From the NCBI GenBank assembly GCA_951406725.2, contig OX597833.1, positions 50,902,001 to 50,966,000 of the forward strand: 64,000 bases of DNA. Reading direction: 5' to 3'. This DNA is from Octopus vulgaris. Lineage: Eukaryota. Below, one piece after another: positions 26,538-41,870 of the stretch (positions are counted from its first letter, which is position 1; every line of letters begins with the position of its first letter). Below the pieces are notes generated by a model. The model was given only the letters and a program-made list of their open reading frames with translations. It made no database searches and was not told the origin of the DNA. The position numbers and the translations under genes were made by a program.

Positions 26538-26736
26538 ATGCATGTATGTATATATTATATATTCGTGTGTATGCATGCATGGTGGGCAGCCAGATAATTT
26601 TTGTGAACCAAATTCACAGACAAAAAAGGTGATCAGACTGCAATTAAATTAGATGAGCATTACCTAAAACAGGACTGAAACCGAAACCACGAGGTTACTA
26701 GATGAAGTTGTTAACGGCAGAGCTATATAAAGATCA

Positions 26737-27322
26737 GGCGCTGATGTGACTGTGTGGTAGACATTTCCTTCGTCTCCACATGCTTCTGGATTTAGTCTCA
26801 CAACGTGGCACCTCGGGCAAGTACCTCCTACTATAGCCTCGAGTCGACTAGATCTTTGTGAGTGGACAGGTAGACGGAAACTGAAAGAAGCTCCTGAACG
26901 GGACGACACCGCATAGTGCCAAAAATGCCAGCAACGTCATCGCGTTTCAGCAATAGCCTGGGTTTCAGGGGCCCACAGATTTTTAATATTCTCCCAAAGA
27001 GCCTTAGGAACACGCACCAAGTAGATGTAGGGTTTTTCAAAGCTGGACCTCTTCCTGTCGAGAGTCCCAGATGAACCTACCTCACGGCAAGAGGTGCAAA
27101 TGAGGAAAGCTGCATCAAACGCCATTCTTCACCAAGTGCCACATATTAGAGGAGGCTCTCAGTAATAACAGTGTAGCGAAACGGCGGTGCATCAGTATGG
27201 TCACAGCTCTGAGCTGAAACTAGAGAGAATATATATATATATATATGTATATATATGTGTGTGTATGTATGTGTGTATGTGTGTGTGCGTGCATGTGTGT
27301 GTGAGAGAAAGAGAAAGAGATT

Positions 27323-27362
<40 letters not shown>

Positions 27363-27510
27363 CTTCGTGCATGTGTTTGTCCTCCATCACCACTTGATAA
27401 CCGGTGTTGGTGTGTTTACTTGAGCCGATTCGTTAAAGAAACAATTTATCAAGGCGGTGTTCCAGCACAGCCGCAGTCTAATGTCTGAAACACCTACAAG
27501 ACAAAAGATA
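26737..27510 (+). mobile_element. Diverged SINE group 1 interrupted by a LINE 3' fragment
   Basis: Head and body at 26737-26895; tail at 27370-27510. Confidence 0.65.
26900..27222 (+). mobile_element. CR1-like LINE 3' end fragment
   Basis: Peptides NSLGFRGPQIFNILPKSLRN and KLDLFLSRVPDEP; homologous to 42110-42550. Confidence 0.7.
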
Positions 27511-28096
27511 CAAGACCTTTTTATCATTTTACGATTCCCGCATATAAAACTGAAATAATATATATCTAAATAAGTATGAACTTCATTGTCCAGCCGACTA
27601 TAAACTCCAATCTTCATGAACGAACATGTGACTTTTATGTAACTACAAAGAAAAAAATAGGTGATAGCTTCTACACAAATAAATAATTTAGGGTATTTTA
27701 ATGACTTAAATAATCTAATTTCTATTTTATAACTTCACAGGTTTTCTATACTTCTCGAATCCGAACCGTTTTTATGTTCTTAAACGTTTCTCTGTTTTAT
27801 ATTATGGTTATTTTTATATTATGAAATAATTAACAGTTGATACATTTAATGTAAAAAAATTATTATATTTGGCACTAATTTTTAGGACTAAGTAAGTATG
27901 GCTAGATGAGAACTCTGAAGTTAACGGTTTAATCCCACCACACTGCAACTGGGTGAGTGTCTTTTGCTGTAGCCCTGGGTTGACGAATACTTTGTAAGTG
28001 AATTTGTAGACGGATGTATAAATATATATATGTATATATATATATGTGTGTATGTATGTGTGTGGGTGTGTTATGTGTATGTGTGTTTGTTTGTAC

Positions 28097-28135
<39 letters not shown>

Positions 28136-29677
28136 CATACATATATATATATCATATATATATATATATAAATAAATATGTATATGTATAAATATATATA
28201 TATATATATTTATTTATCTGTAAATATAATACGAATTCCTCTATTTACATATTTACTCCTCATTGCCCTAATTATATTTGCATACTATATCTTGCCCACA
28301 ACAAACTTGTATACACTCGCCTAGATATATACCATTACTAATCATAAACAGTATTATTCAGTCTGCAGTGATTATTCAAAAGATAACACACAGAATATCT
28401 AAGGGTATATTTTTCTGCCTCTGAAGAGATTATTAGCGGTTCGGCATAAGAGACCGATAGAATAAGTACTAGGCTTACAAAGAATAAGTCCTGGGGTCGA
28501 TTTGATTCGACTAAGGGCGGTGCTCCAGCATGGCCGCAGTTAAATGACTGAAACAAGTAAAAGAAATAAAAGAATAAAGATGATAATAATTTGCAATAGA
28601 ATCCACGGTTCTTTGCTTATTGAATTAAAATATCAGCTCTTAAGTGCTTCTGGTTACATGTAACAGTGTACAAACTGTCGCATGATCGGTTGATCGGTGA
28701 CTAAACTGGTAACCCCACCAAGCTTGCTGCGTATGGAGTGTGATTTATTGGATATCCTGCGGGACGAAAAATACAACACGTCCGACGGTGGAGGAATTCA
28801 AAAGAGTGAACAACCGTCAAATGTGTGAAGGCGCGTGGCCTGGTGGTTGGAGGTGTAATACGCCAACCACCGGGGCACGATCACAAGATCACGGTTTCGG
28901 TTCCCTGACCGGCTGTGCATGGTATTCTAGAGAAGTGTACTTTATTTCACGTTGATTCATTCCACTGTGAACGAGTAGCCTTGAGATGGATTGGCATACA
29001 AGACTAAGATGGTGACTCAGAAAATGACACGAACCGAGATCTCGCGAGCCATGCTTTATATTTAACAACCGAAAGGATGAATAGTACATCCCGCACTGTA
29101 GATGCCGACTGGTTGGGATTGGTTGATCAACCACAACGAGGGATGGTGGCATTGATGACGACAACGACGACGATGATGATGAAAATCCCTTCCTGGTCAA
29201 CTGCGCTTTCATTTTCTGAGGGTCGATTCGATAAGATATTATAAAAACCAAAGTTGAAATTGCTAGGATTTGGACTAGTGTCAATTCCATCGGGTAATCC
29301 TCTCCTCAATAATTTCAGACACATAACTATATTAGAAGAAAAATTAGTATTTAAAATTATTGGTATTTAGCATATAATCATGCAAATTATTTATTGTCTA
29401 ATATATCAGCCATTTTGCTTTCCATTTCGACGATTAGATTTTAATCTTTTAATGATTGCTTTACGTAATATGATTATTTAATTATTTTTTCATCATTTAT
29501 GAGTAGTAAATAAATAATTCATCGTTTTGTAAATTATTATTTCATCCGTACACCACAACATTGTAACCGAATATGACGCAAAGAGCAGCAGTATCACGAG
29601 TGATCGAAATCTCATAAACACTACAAACGTTAGATCTGGCAATGAATTTGCATATTTGCATTGATATCTCGCAAAAA

Positions 29678-30061
29678 TCTCTTTCTATATAAACGGCAGT
29701 TTGTCTGTGCGTTTTCTGTGTGTCTGTTTTCTCGTACCCTCACTCTGACCACGGCTTTCAACCGATTCTGATGAAACTTGACACACACATAGCCCAATGT
29801 CATAATTCAAAACTAACGCAGCGAAAATTTTGAAAAGTTCCCCCAGTTCTGAAAAAAATCGATAAATTCGACATGGGGTCGAGAATCAGAAACCCAAACC
29901 ACAGACCGTCTAGGGGACGCAACTCCACCTTTTTTAACTTTCAAAAAAAATTTACCATTATTTTTTTTCCATTTTTTTGCTATTTTTTGGCTATAACTCT
30001 CTAAAAATGCTTTATAGTTATTTCCCTTACAAACCTGAGCAACGCCGGGCGATACTGCTAG
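29678..30061 (+). mobile_element. Non-autonomous Helitron
   Basis: 5' A|TC (TCTCTTTCTATATAAA), subterminal hairpin CCTGAGCAACGCCGGG, 3' CTAG|T, and no TSD. Confidence 0.75.
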
Positions 30062-30475
30062 TTAATAATAAAACAAAACAAAAAAACAACAACTGTAAAG
30101 ATATGTATAGAAGGCTTATATCGATAAACCCACATTTTTAAGGCAAGCGTTTCCAAAAGGAACTGATTGTAACCTCGAAATGAAATACAGGAATCCATCC
30201 TCTGTCAATGGCTACGTGCGTTCACCCTTATCTTAATCTCTGTTTTAGCCAAGTGTCACAGAGAGGGAACTTCAGAAAAGGACTGGAATATTTTAAAACT
30301 GTGATAGATTAAAATTGCATCCGTTTTCTAGTCGTTGTTGCTGTTGCTACTGTTGTTGTCGTTTTCTAATATCTGGGCGACACTGATCAACTGCTGAAGC
30401 CGATTTATGATCAAAGGAATTCCAGCTCTATTAATTAGGTCTTTTTAGGGATATGCAAGGCATATACTATCTCAT

Positions 30476-30780
30476 GTGGAGGCGCAATGGCCTAGTGGTT
30501 AGGGCAGCTGACTCGCGGTCGCAGGATCGCGGTTTCGATTCCCAGACCGGGCGTTGTGAGTGTTTATTGAGCGAAAACACCTAAAAGCTCCACGAGGCTC
30601 CGGCAGGGGGTGGTGATCCCTGCTGTACTCTTTCACCACTCTTTCTCCCACTCTTTCTTCTGTCGGCCCGTTCGCTTAGCCAGCGGGGTGGCGTCATTCG
30701 AAGGCTAAAACAATGCGAACGCATTGTGACCAGCGATGTGTAACTACATCTGATGGTCTGGTTGGTCACGTGATCACGTG
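30476..30780 (+). mobile_element. SINE with the group 3 head and an alternative tail
   Basis: Same head and body as 8981-9363, ending GGTCACGTGATCACGTG. Flanked by ATACTATCTCAT/ATATTATCTCAT. Confidence 0.85.
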
Positions 30781-30974
30781 ATATTATCTCATATTGTCAT
30801 TTACATATTTGAGACAGCAGACTGTGATTTAAGAGATACATATTTCGCTATTATTTTTTAATAGGTAAATCGAACCACAAACTTAGACGCTCCATCGTTG
30901 GCGGGTTTCGTTGAAGGTTAAGTGATGTGGATGAGTTGTTTAATGCTTGGTAATAATTTAGTTAGGAAAGCAGT

Positions 30975-31079
30975 AATAGTGGTGGTGGTGGTAGTGGTGG
31001 TGGTAGTGGTGGTGGTAGTGGTGGTTGTAGCGTGAGAGGTATAGTTATAATGGTGGTGGTTATAACTGTTGCTGAGTTT

Positions 31080-31119
<40 letters not shown>

Positions 31120-31750
31120 CAGCAGCAGCAGCAGCAGGACGGGTAGAAGGTGGGGAAGAGGTGGTGGTGGTGGTAGTGAGCAGCAGATGATGGAGTGAGG
31201 AAGAGGGGAGGGGTGAAAATGGGGTGAGGAACGGGAGGGAAGGTAAGGAACGAGAGGATGGGGTGTGGAAGAAGTGGAGGATATGAGGAGGGAAAGGGTG
31301 GGTTGAGGAAGGGTAGGGTGTGGGGGTGAGGACGAGGGTGAGGAGGAGGGTGAGGAGGAGGGTGAGGAGGAGGGTGAGGAGGAGGAGGAGGAGGAAGAAG
31401 AAGAAGAGAATGATGGAGGAAGGGGAGGAAGAGATGGGTGTCAGGTAAGGAGGTGGAGAAGTAAGAGGATGGGGTGAGGACGAGGAGGAGGGTGAGGAGA
31501 AGGAGGGTGAGGAGGAGGAGGTGGGTGAGGAGGAGGAGGAGGGTGATGAGGAGGAGGAGGAAGAAGAGAATGATGCAGGAAGGGGAGGAAGAGATGGGTG
31601 TCAGGTAAGGAGGAGGAGAATGGGGATGAAGATGATGAGGATGAGGATGGGGTGAGGAGGAGTAGGAGGAAGAGGAAGTGGAAGTGGAAGACGACGAAGA
31701 CGATGTCGACGGCGACGGTGACGATGACGAGGAGAAGGAAGAGGGAAAGG
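30975..31750. repeat. Low-complexity GGT/AGT/GAG tract with internal duplications
   Basis: Trinucleotide runs; the block AAGAAGAGAATGATG.AGGAAGGGGAGGAAGAGATGGGTGTCAGGTAAGGAGG occurs twice. Confidence 0.9.
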
Positions 31751-32309
31751 TGTTGGAGAGAGATTGCAGCATCACCGGATGTTTTGACCGAAGACAACTC
31801 TGGCTAAGCAGACTTATGATCGCAAACATTCCAACACTGACAAGCCCCATGCATCACGTGACTTCGACTACGTCATACATTGGCTCTCTTACGGAGATGG
31901 TAGGGCTAGAAGTTTCCAGAGATTTCGCCGTTAGATAGCTACTTCGATCAGGTTGAGAGATACTTATAAGGGATTCTATAGGTGACTGCTATTCTTTAGC
32001 CCTAGGTCAATTAATGGAGATAATGAAGATAATGATGACGATGACGATGAGGAAGAGGAGGAGGAGGAGGAGGAGGGGGAAGGGAAACGATAAAGGATTG
32101 ATGTGCTGTGTATGTGGAGTGGGGTGACCAGCTAAATATCAGATGGGGCAATGAATTCTCGCTGCTGCATCACTTATTCTATATATCCGGTGTATACAGT
32201 CTAGATGTGTATGTGTAGAGAGAATGTACGGAGATCGACCGAGAGGAGGATCAATATACTACAGATAGAGATAGGTGCGATGAGTATGTGTGTGTTGTGT
32301 GCGTATATA

Positions 32310-32368
<59 letters not shown>

Positions 32369-32569
32369 ATATATGTATGTAAAGGGTGTGAGGAAGGGGA
32401 GGATGTGGGATGAGGATGAGGATGTGGGTGAGGAGTGGGAAGGAGGAAGGAGAGGAGGAGAATGGGGATGAAGATGATGAGGATGAGGATGGGGTGAGGA
32501 GGAGGAGAAGGAAGAAGAAGAAGAAGGAGGAGAAGAAGAAGAAGAAGAAGAAGAAGAAGAAGAAGAACA

Positions 32570-32606
<37 letters not shown>

Positions 32607-33519
32607 CGTACACACACAGACACACAGCATATATAATGTACATGTGTGTGTAATTATATAGTGTGTATATGTGTATGTATATATATACATATATACATAC
32701 ATACACACTTACATACATGCAGATATACATATACATATACGTATACATAGAGAAGAGTGACACATACTGGCAGACAGGCCGACAGACACAGCCATAGAAA
32801 GAGAGAAATTTGGTGAACGACAGATCGATACAGGAATGTAGGAAGCGAGTGTTTTCATAACGGACAGGTGATCAGATAGTGTCCAATACAAATTTAAATG
32901 TAGATCGCTCGATCAGTATTCGAACGTTATGGAAAGGTTGTAGTGGTGGAAATAGCGAGAGGGTGGTGGCGGGAGTAAAAATAAACACTGCAGGATGAGG
33001 AAGAGGAGAAGGAGGCAGTGAGACTGTGGAAATGTGCTAACGTATGGAAGGTAGGAGGCGTATAGCGTACGTCGTTCAGTAAACATGTAGATATAACGTC
33101 TGCATGACAGTTAGCTATTAAATGCAGATCTGAGTAATAAATGGTTTGGAAAAGACTTTTATCCTTCTAAACCATTCCAGCGGATCGCTGAACGACCATC
33201 ATGGGATGGACTGAATCGTTATCACTGACTGGTTAGCTGGCCGGTTGTTTGGTTACTTAAACACACAATGCACGCACACAGACACATACACATACACACA
33301 CACACACATAATACACGCATGTACACATACATATATACAAACGTTTGACACCAACTGTAAATTAAATTCGAAAACATTTGTTGTGCATTTACACCTTTTA
33401 ATTTATTAGATAGTATCGATTGTTCGTGATATCAACTAGAGGGATAAATATTATATAGTATATAAAATAATATACGAAAGGGATTTCTGTAATCTCTAAA
33501 CAACTTTTTTCTCTTTCCG

Positions 33520-33670
33520 CTTTTATCGTTCTCTCTCCATTTCCCCCCTTTTTAACTCTTTGTATCGAAGAGCGTTGGCTCGAAATGTGAAGACTTTTCC
33601 ATTCTTCCTGAGCGTCAAACTAATACACCTTCTTGTTGATCCCTCGCCTGTCTTCGTCTTTTGTTTGCTG
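33520..33670 (+). mobile_element. Penelope-type terminal fragment with decayed hammerhead
   Basis: GTATCGA-A-GAGC GTTG GCTC-GAAATGT...CCTGAGCGTCAAACTAATACA; homologous to the elements at 1690 and 10080. Confidence 0.6.
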
Positions 33671-33752
<82 letters not shown>

Positions 33753-33877
33753 GGTCCCGGGTTGAGTCGGGGTTAACCACAGTAAATAAGGTACTCAATA
33801 CTTAGCAGAGTAAATTAATTTATTTTATAGAAGGAGCTTCTATAGGAGTTCTAGTCCTGTAGAAGCTCCTTCTATAA

Positions 33878-33913
<36 letters not shown>

Positions 33914-33950
33914 CAAGATAATATATATATATATATACATATATATATAC

Positions 33951-34019
<69 letters not shown>

Positions 34020-34233
34020 CATACACACACACATATATATATATAATTATAGAGTAGTGGTACAACAAAGCACCAAAATTTACTGGAAATAGCAGTCGAT
34101 AAATTTACGACGGTACAGTCAAACTTCACTGTGTATATACTGGCAAGGACGTGTGAGGGCAGCTAACATAAAAAAATTTCGTCTTACCTCTAGGAAGAAC
34201 ATTAGATAAATGGACAACCCAGAATCTGATAAT

Positions 34234-34303
34234 CTAGTGCCTGGGTTTCGGACTCTTCAAATACGTTTGTCATCGTGAATTTGATTAGTCTTCTTCAGCT
34301 GGA
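34234..34303 (-). ncRNA. Degenerate hammerhead motif with extended stem II
   Basis: TCCAG-CTGAAGA-AGACT..TCAAAT..ATTTGA..AGTCC-GAAA-CCCAGG-C-A-CTAGA, about three substitutions away from a complete fold. Confidence 0.45.
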
Positions 34304-34649
34304 TTTACCTGGACAATATTACAAATGTTGCTACGTTATACTCGCCTGAAATATTTCAAATCTTGCTACAGTATACTCGCCTGAAAGCTTAGCCGTTAAC
34401 AGACCGAGAACAGTGAAAAGATTTCAATGAAAAATAAAATATTGCAATACAAATGTATTACTTTCTAGTAATATAAGTCACCGTAGAAATATAAATATAT
34501 AATCTCAAGAGGACATCTCCTCTAGCTGGTTAACGATGCACAGGTGTGTGTATAATTATATATATACAAAATTAAAAGGAATGACCACTAAAGTGGACAC
34601 CTAATATGCTAAACGTAAACGTCAAATCGCCATTACCATGAAGAGGTAG

Positions 34650-34833
34650 GAGGAGTTCTGAAAAGTTCCTGGTTTGAAGTGTTCAAGGGTATCGCAAAAG
34701 GCCAGGATGGAAGCCCAGACTTCCAAGTTCATTTTCAGAATTGAAGAACAGCTGTGAGTCGAAGAGTGGTATATGTTGAATATGAGCCTCCTACATCTTT
34801 TTTATCCAGACTTAGAACTTTTCAGCACGTCCC
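34650..34833. mobile_element. Mariner-type MITE, decayed
   Basis: Imperfect TIRs GGAGTTCTGAAAAGTTC / GAACTTTTCAGCACGTCC. Confidence 0.5.
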
Positions 34834-35671
34834 CATCATACATACATATATATATATATATATACATTCCTTTGGAATAATACCAGTGATATCTTCGAAA
34901 CATGTGTCGGAAGTAAAAGAATTCGAATAACACCTGCGTTTAACTCCATTTTTATATATATATATATATACATATATACATACATACATACATACATACA
35001 TACATTCTTATTAATATTTAGTAGAAGGAACGGAGTGACTCAAGAACTGAGAGTTTCGTGCGTTAGCACATATCAAACTAGTTACAGACTGACGACTATC
35101 CATAACTAGTTTGATGAGAGTTCAAGGACGAAATTATCGCCCTTCTGTTACTTTTACTAAATATCGATATATATATATAACATAACCGTAGACCGTTACA
35201 AATACTCACATGATACACTCTGAACCGAACCACAACCTATCCATATATTCATACGCATACTTGCGTGTATGAATATATACATATGTTGCGTGCATCACAT
35301 TACATACAGACACACTTTTAAACATACATGTATGTGTGTGTGTGTGTCAGTGTTCGTGCGCGCGTGTATGTCAGCGTATGATAAATATTGATACTTATTG
35401 AATACAAAACGGAAAAGAATGAGATGAAATGGTATTTGAAGGAATATACAGAACAGAAAGAAAACTAAATAAAGAGTCAATTTATAATATTATGAGAAAG
35501 GGAAAACGAAAAAGAAAAAAAAAGGAAAGTGTAAAATGAACGGTAAGTAAAATCGATGAAATAATAAATGACAATTAATAGATTTATAAAAATAAGGAAA
35601 TTGGAAGCAAATATCGAAATAAATGCACTGAGAGATGGATATATCGATAGGTTGTTAGATATATCGATTGG

Positions 35672-36352
<681 letters not shown>

Positions 36353-36575
36353 TATATTAAGTTCGATAATTGAGAACATAACAGATGATGGGATGTTTGT
36401 CTTCTAGATCCGAAAAGAGGACTCGTTTGTGTAAAGAATTGATTGATTTTATTCGATTTTTTGTACGTATATACGTAATGCACCCTAATATAATGTGTGT
36501 GCGTGTGCGCGCGTTTGTGCAAGTGTGTGTGCGTTTGTGCAAGTGTGTATGTATGCATATCTATGTATGTATATA

Positions 36576-36683
<108 letters not shown>

Positions 36684-37994
36684 CATGTATATACGTATGC
36701 AAATATGTATGTATGTATGTTTTCATGTACGTATCTTTGTATGGACAGAAGTGTGTACGCTTGCAAGAGTTGTCTTCTCGCTGATGATGTCGACATCGGG
36801 TGAGTGTCCAAAAAAAAAAAATAATAATAATAATAAATCGATGTTTATCTTATGTATTCGGCTGCCTTCTCTTTTATATGTGATAATAATTTCAATTATC
36901 GTCATGTGATTATCGGATCATGGTGATAAACGACTGTGCAATATTTATGCCACTCTCTACCTTTATATATAACATGAGCGTCATTGCGAATGGCAAGCAC
37001 AGATACTTAACTGTATATGAAGATGTCTCATAGTTTACTGTATTAAATTTTTTTTTTTAGTGCGCCTTTTTCAAGCCTAGCCAGGCTCATGAGCCCGGTT
37101 TCCCGGTTTCTGTGGCTTATGCGTTTCCCCTCTGTTCCGTTTTTGTATCTTTATTTTCGTCGGGATTTTATGTAACATCAACAATTGCGTTTGGTTACTA
37201 TTTCATTCTTGATAGTTTCAGTTTTTCGAAGATTTTCGAGCCCCCATATTACATATAATTACAGAATATTGAGTTTATTTTTACCTTTTGTTCTTTTAAT
37301 TGTGTTTCACCCGTAGGACTGCAGCCACGCAGAAACACCACCTTAACTTATTTACTATCGGTTTCGAGGTCGTTTCTTGGCCAGCAGTTAGCCTATGATT
37401 GGGTTTGCAGTAGCTGATCTTCCCTGCGTGTAAACTTGAATGGTTGGCTGGTTTGGTATCGTCGTTAGGAGTTTATTCCATTTTTTGAAGGACGTCTAAA
37501 TATGTTTCTTTTTAGCCACCCAGGGCTGAACACAGCGGGGACAAATTACAAAGTAGAGCTTTTCTTTTGGGAGAGAAAAAAAATAAATAAATAAAAAATA
37601 AAAAGGGGGGTAGGATTTCGATCAAACGGAATCGTAAAAAAAAAGCTCATACCCCAAAGTGTTTTGCCCGTTTTGAAGGTGGTACATATTCAAAATAAAT
37701 ATTTGATAATTCCTTAGATAATTTATAATTTGCATACGTTTAGATATTGGGGAATAATCAAATAAATTATTCCATTGTACGATAACCTTTTCCTGTGGTA
37801 TATACACAAGAACAGATTCAGGCATAAGAAAGAAAGCGAACACAGCGACTATAATGACTGAAATCTAATATTTTATATATTCGGCTGTTTGAATATTTTT
37901 TTAAACACTTTTTCCTGTCCTGTATACACTGTCCACAATCCTTTTCCTATCGTGCTTTTTTCTTTCTCTTACTACTGTGAAGTAATAGGAATGA

Positions 37995-38166
37995 CGGAGA
38001 AGAAGAAGAAGAGGAAGAAAAAGAAGAAGAAGAAGAAGAAGAAGAAGAAGAAGAAGGAGAAGAAGAAGAAGAAGAAGAAGAAGTAGGAGTAGTAGTAGAA
38101 GAAGAAAAAGAAGAAGAAGAAGAAGGAGAAGAAGAAGAAGAAGGAGAAGGAGAAGTAGGAGTAGTA

Positions 38167-38198
<32 letters not shown>

Positions 38199-38448
38199 AG
38201 AAGGAGAAGTAGTAGTAGTAGAAGAAAAAGAAGAAGAAGAAGAAGAAGGAGAAGAAGGAGAAGAAGAAGAAGGAGAGGAGAAGTAGTAGTAGTAGAAGAA
38301 GAAGAAGAAGAAGAAGAAGGAGTAGAAGAAGAAGAAGAAGGAGAAGAAGAAGAAGAAGAAGAAGGAGAAGAAGAAGAAGAAGAAGAAGAAGAAGAAGAAG
38401 AAGAAGAAGAAGAAGAAGAAGAAGGAGAAGAAGTAGAAGAAGAAGAAG

Positions 38449-38480
<32 letters not shown>

Positions 38481-38581
38481 GGGAAAGAAATAGTAGAAGA
38501 AGTAGTAGTAGAAGAAGAAACTAGGAAGAAGACAATGATGATGATAACGATGACGATAACGATGATCACGACGACGACGAC

Positions 38582-38612
<31 letters not shown>

Positions 38613-38835
38613 TTGTTGGTGATGATGTTGTTGGTGGCGGTGGTGATGTTGATGATGGTGGTGGTGGTGCTACTGGAAATGATGACGATGATGATGATGG
38701 TGATGTTGATGGAGAGGACAAAGAAGCACAAGCAGTGGAGTAGCAGTAGTATCAACGGTAGTAGTACTAGTAGTAGTTGTTGTTGTTGCAGTAATAGTAG
38801 TAGTAGTAGTAATAGTACTGGTGGTGGTGGTGGTG

Positions 38836-38866
<31 letters not shown>

Positions 38867-38918
38867 CAGTAGTAGCAGTAGTAGTAGTAGTAGTAGTAGT
38901 AGTAACAACAGCAGCAGC

Positions 38919-38953
<35 letters not shown>

Positions 38954-38985
38954 CAGTAGCAGCAGCAGCAGTAGTAGTAGTAGAA
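37995..38985. repeat. (GAA)n/(GAT)n/(AGT)n compound low-complexity tract
   Basis: Continuous trinucleotide repeats. Confidence 0.95.
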
Positions 38986-39561
38986 TAAGAAAGCAAACGA
39001 AAGAAAGTTTAAAGCGACTCCTTCGGGAGATAAATTTCTGACAGTGTTATCGGCATTATATTTTGGAATGTTTGTTTGTCAATAAAATGTCTCATTAAAA
39101 AAAGGAACTGGAAGCGGTGGGTGTGTGTCGGGGGTGAAATTTAAAGGAAAAAACAAAAGCGGGGGGGGGGGGGGTATTCATAGAAATATAATCGGCGAGA
39201 AAATACAGCAGTTGAAACAATGTTAAAGGAACCAGACAGTACCAGCAATGAGGTTTAACAGAAATGACTATTTGTTTTTTGGTGGGTTTTTTAAATTTTT
39301 TAATTCGTTATTTATTGTCTTTTTTTTCTCTCTTTTTTTTTTTTTTAGCAAATTTTAATTTACGAGAATCGTATGGCATTATGTTCTACTTAATCTCTTG
39401 TAACTATTTGTCGTTTTTTTTGTATGTATGTATGTGTGTATGTATGTATGTATGTATTTATGTATGCGTTTATGTATGTATGTATGTATGTATGTATGTA
39501 TGCATGTGTGTATGTATGCATGTATGTATGTATTATGTATGTAAATATGTATGCATATATG

Positions 39562-39595
<34 letters not shown>

Positions 39596-40047
39596 TGTAT
39601 GTATGTATGAATGTATGTATGTATGCATGTATGTATGTATGTATTTATGTAAGTATGTATGCATGTATGTATGTATGTATGTATGTATGCATGCATGTAT
39701 GTTTGTATATATATGTATGTATGTAAATGTGTATGCATATATGTATGTATGTATATATGTATGCATGTATGCGTATATGTAGGTAGGTATTCGTGCATGT
39801 ATGCATGTATATATGTATGTATATATATATATATGTATGCATCTATCTATGTATGAGTGTGTATATATATATAGGAGACAGAGACAGAGACAGACAGACA
39901 GCCAGACCGAGAAAGAGAGAGAGAGAGACAGACAGACAGATAGATAGATACATACATACATACACACATACATACAAACATAGACAGACAGATATGTATA
40001 CACATACCCATACAAAATAAATGCACATACTAAAACAAATATCTTTC

Positions 40048-40085
<38 letters not shown>

Positions 40086-40103
40086 GTATATCTATCTCAC
40101 TAA

Positions 40104-40224
<121 letters not shown>

Positions 40225-40469
40225 CACTCCGCTCCGGTCTTACTCTTTCTATGTGTGCACGATTGTGTGTGTCTTTCTAGAATCCTTGTGCATTTTGCGT
40301 GCATAGATTCGAATATATAAAAACTTCACATAAATTTTTCAGTGCACACGCGCACACACCCACGCACACACAAGCATGTAATCATATGCATGTTCGTGCA
40401 TATGTATGTGTAAGTAAGTTTTCATACATGCACATACAAACACTTCCACTCATAATCACAGGCTCATAC

Positions 40470-40513
<44 letters not shown>

Positions 40514-41679
40514 GTGGTTGTGTACATGTTTTCAAATATATCTAAAGAAAGGCATCTGAAACTTTATCCGCCATTCTCTAAGGAACTATTTTAGCGGTTT
40601 AACATGAATTTAATTTTATTGCAGTTGTAATCACGATCGTCATTGTTCAAATTATTACGTGACATACATACGTCCATGGCAAACGCAAACACACTCACAG
40701 TTGCATCACGAACAGCCAAACACACACGCATACACGCATACATACGCACACAAACACACAAATACACACATATACAAGCAAAGACACGCACATTCACAGA
40801 TGTTTAAAAAATGTATTTAACGTGTGTGTGTTCTAGTTTGTAGAATATGTTCAACATTGAAGAAATATTTATGTGGATAAGGAATTTTATTAGGGATTAA
40901 ATAAGGAAGGAAATAGAATGAGATTGTAGTCAGGGTAAAATTGGAGGAGCAGTGTGAGAAATAGTTTTATATGCAGCATTGGTCGAGTCCGGACTCTGAT
41001 CACAAATTCTTATATTTCAGTTACAGTAATATTAAAACAGCTTTTTTCTGAATTTTAGATTTGCAATATTTGGATCGTGTATAGCAGAAATTTGAGTAAA
41101 GAAACTTTACTTCCGAAAGTAACATCAGCTAATAACGAGTCCCCGAACAGATTAGCTGACTCAACTAAGGAACAATACATAAACTTATTCACCCTAGGGA
41201 TACAAGAATATCAAGACTTAACTAACTAACTAACTAACTTCGGTTAAGCGCGTAAGACACAAATGTTTCGCAATGAATGAAAATTCGAATAAAAATTACA
41301 GAAACAGGAAACAAAACTAAATACAAACTCATAATTATATCATACTCTCAGAAAAAAAATTTAGAAAGTTTCTCAACAAAACGAAATCCGATATTTTGCA
41401 AGACATTATTAATGTAAACATAAAAGTTGTAAACTTCATGACTCAGACTGTTGTACCGAACATAGAAGTATGACAATTTCCATCGGGTGAGTTTGTGTTC
41501 ACAACAAGGAGCTCATTGCAGTGTATAGAGTTGACGAAACGATACTGTATGGAAAAGCGTTAGTCTACATCACTATAAACCTATACAGAATTCTAAAAGT
41601 CAAAAGAAAACGTTAAGATTATCCATATAAAATTTATTTAAAACAAAATACAAACCAAATATCAAAACAGAGATAATAA

Positions 41680-41870
41680 ACACGTGAAAAAACACAGTGA
41701 AGAAAGGTACCAGGATCTAATAGTTCTTCACTGTTTCCTTGGGAACATTTCCTTGATCTTGGCCACAAGCTTAGCTTTGATGCTTCAGGAAGTTCGTTTG
41801 GTGTCTTTCTCAACAATACCCACACATAGTAATCAGCTCTCCACCCGCTAAAAGCCATCGTTTACGGAAT
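41680..41870 (-). pseudogene. Tc1/mariner transposase C-terminal relic
   Basis: DYYVW motif followed by VEKDT-like and LVAKIKEMF-like residues in shifted frames. Confidence 0.45.

Noticed and set aside
29645-29661. Tandem ATTTGCAT octamer motifs (also a YY1-like AAGATGGCG near 57857)
   Set aside because: Short motifs expected by chance in 64 kb, with no associated gene or promoter evidence.
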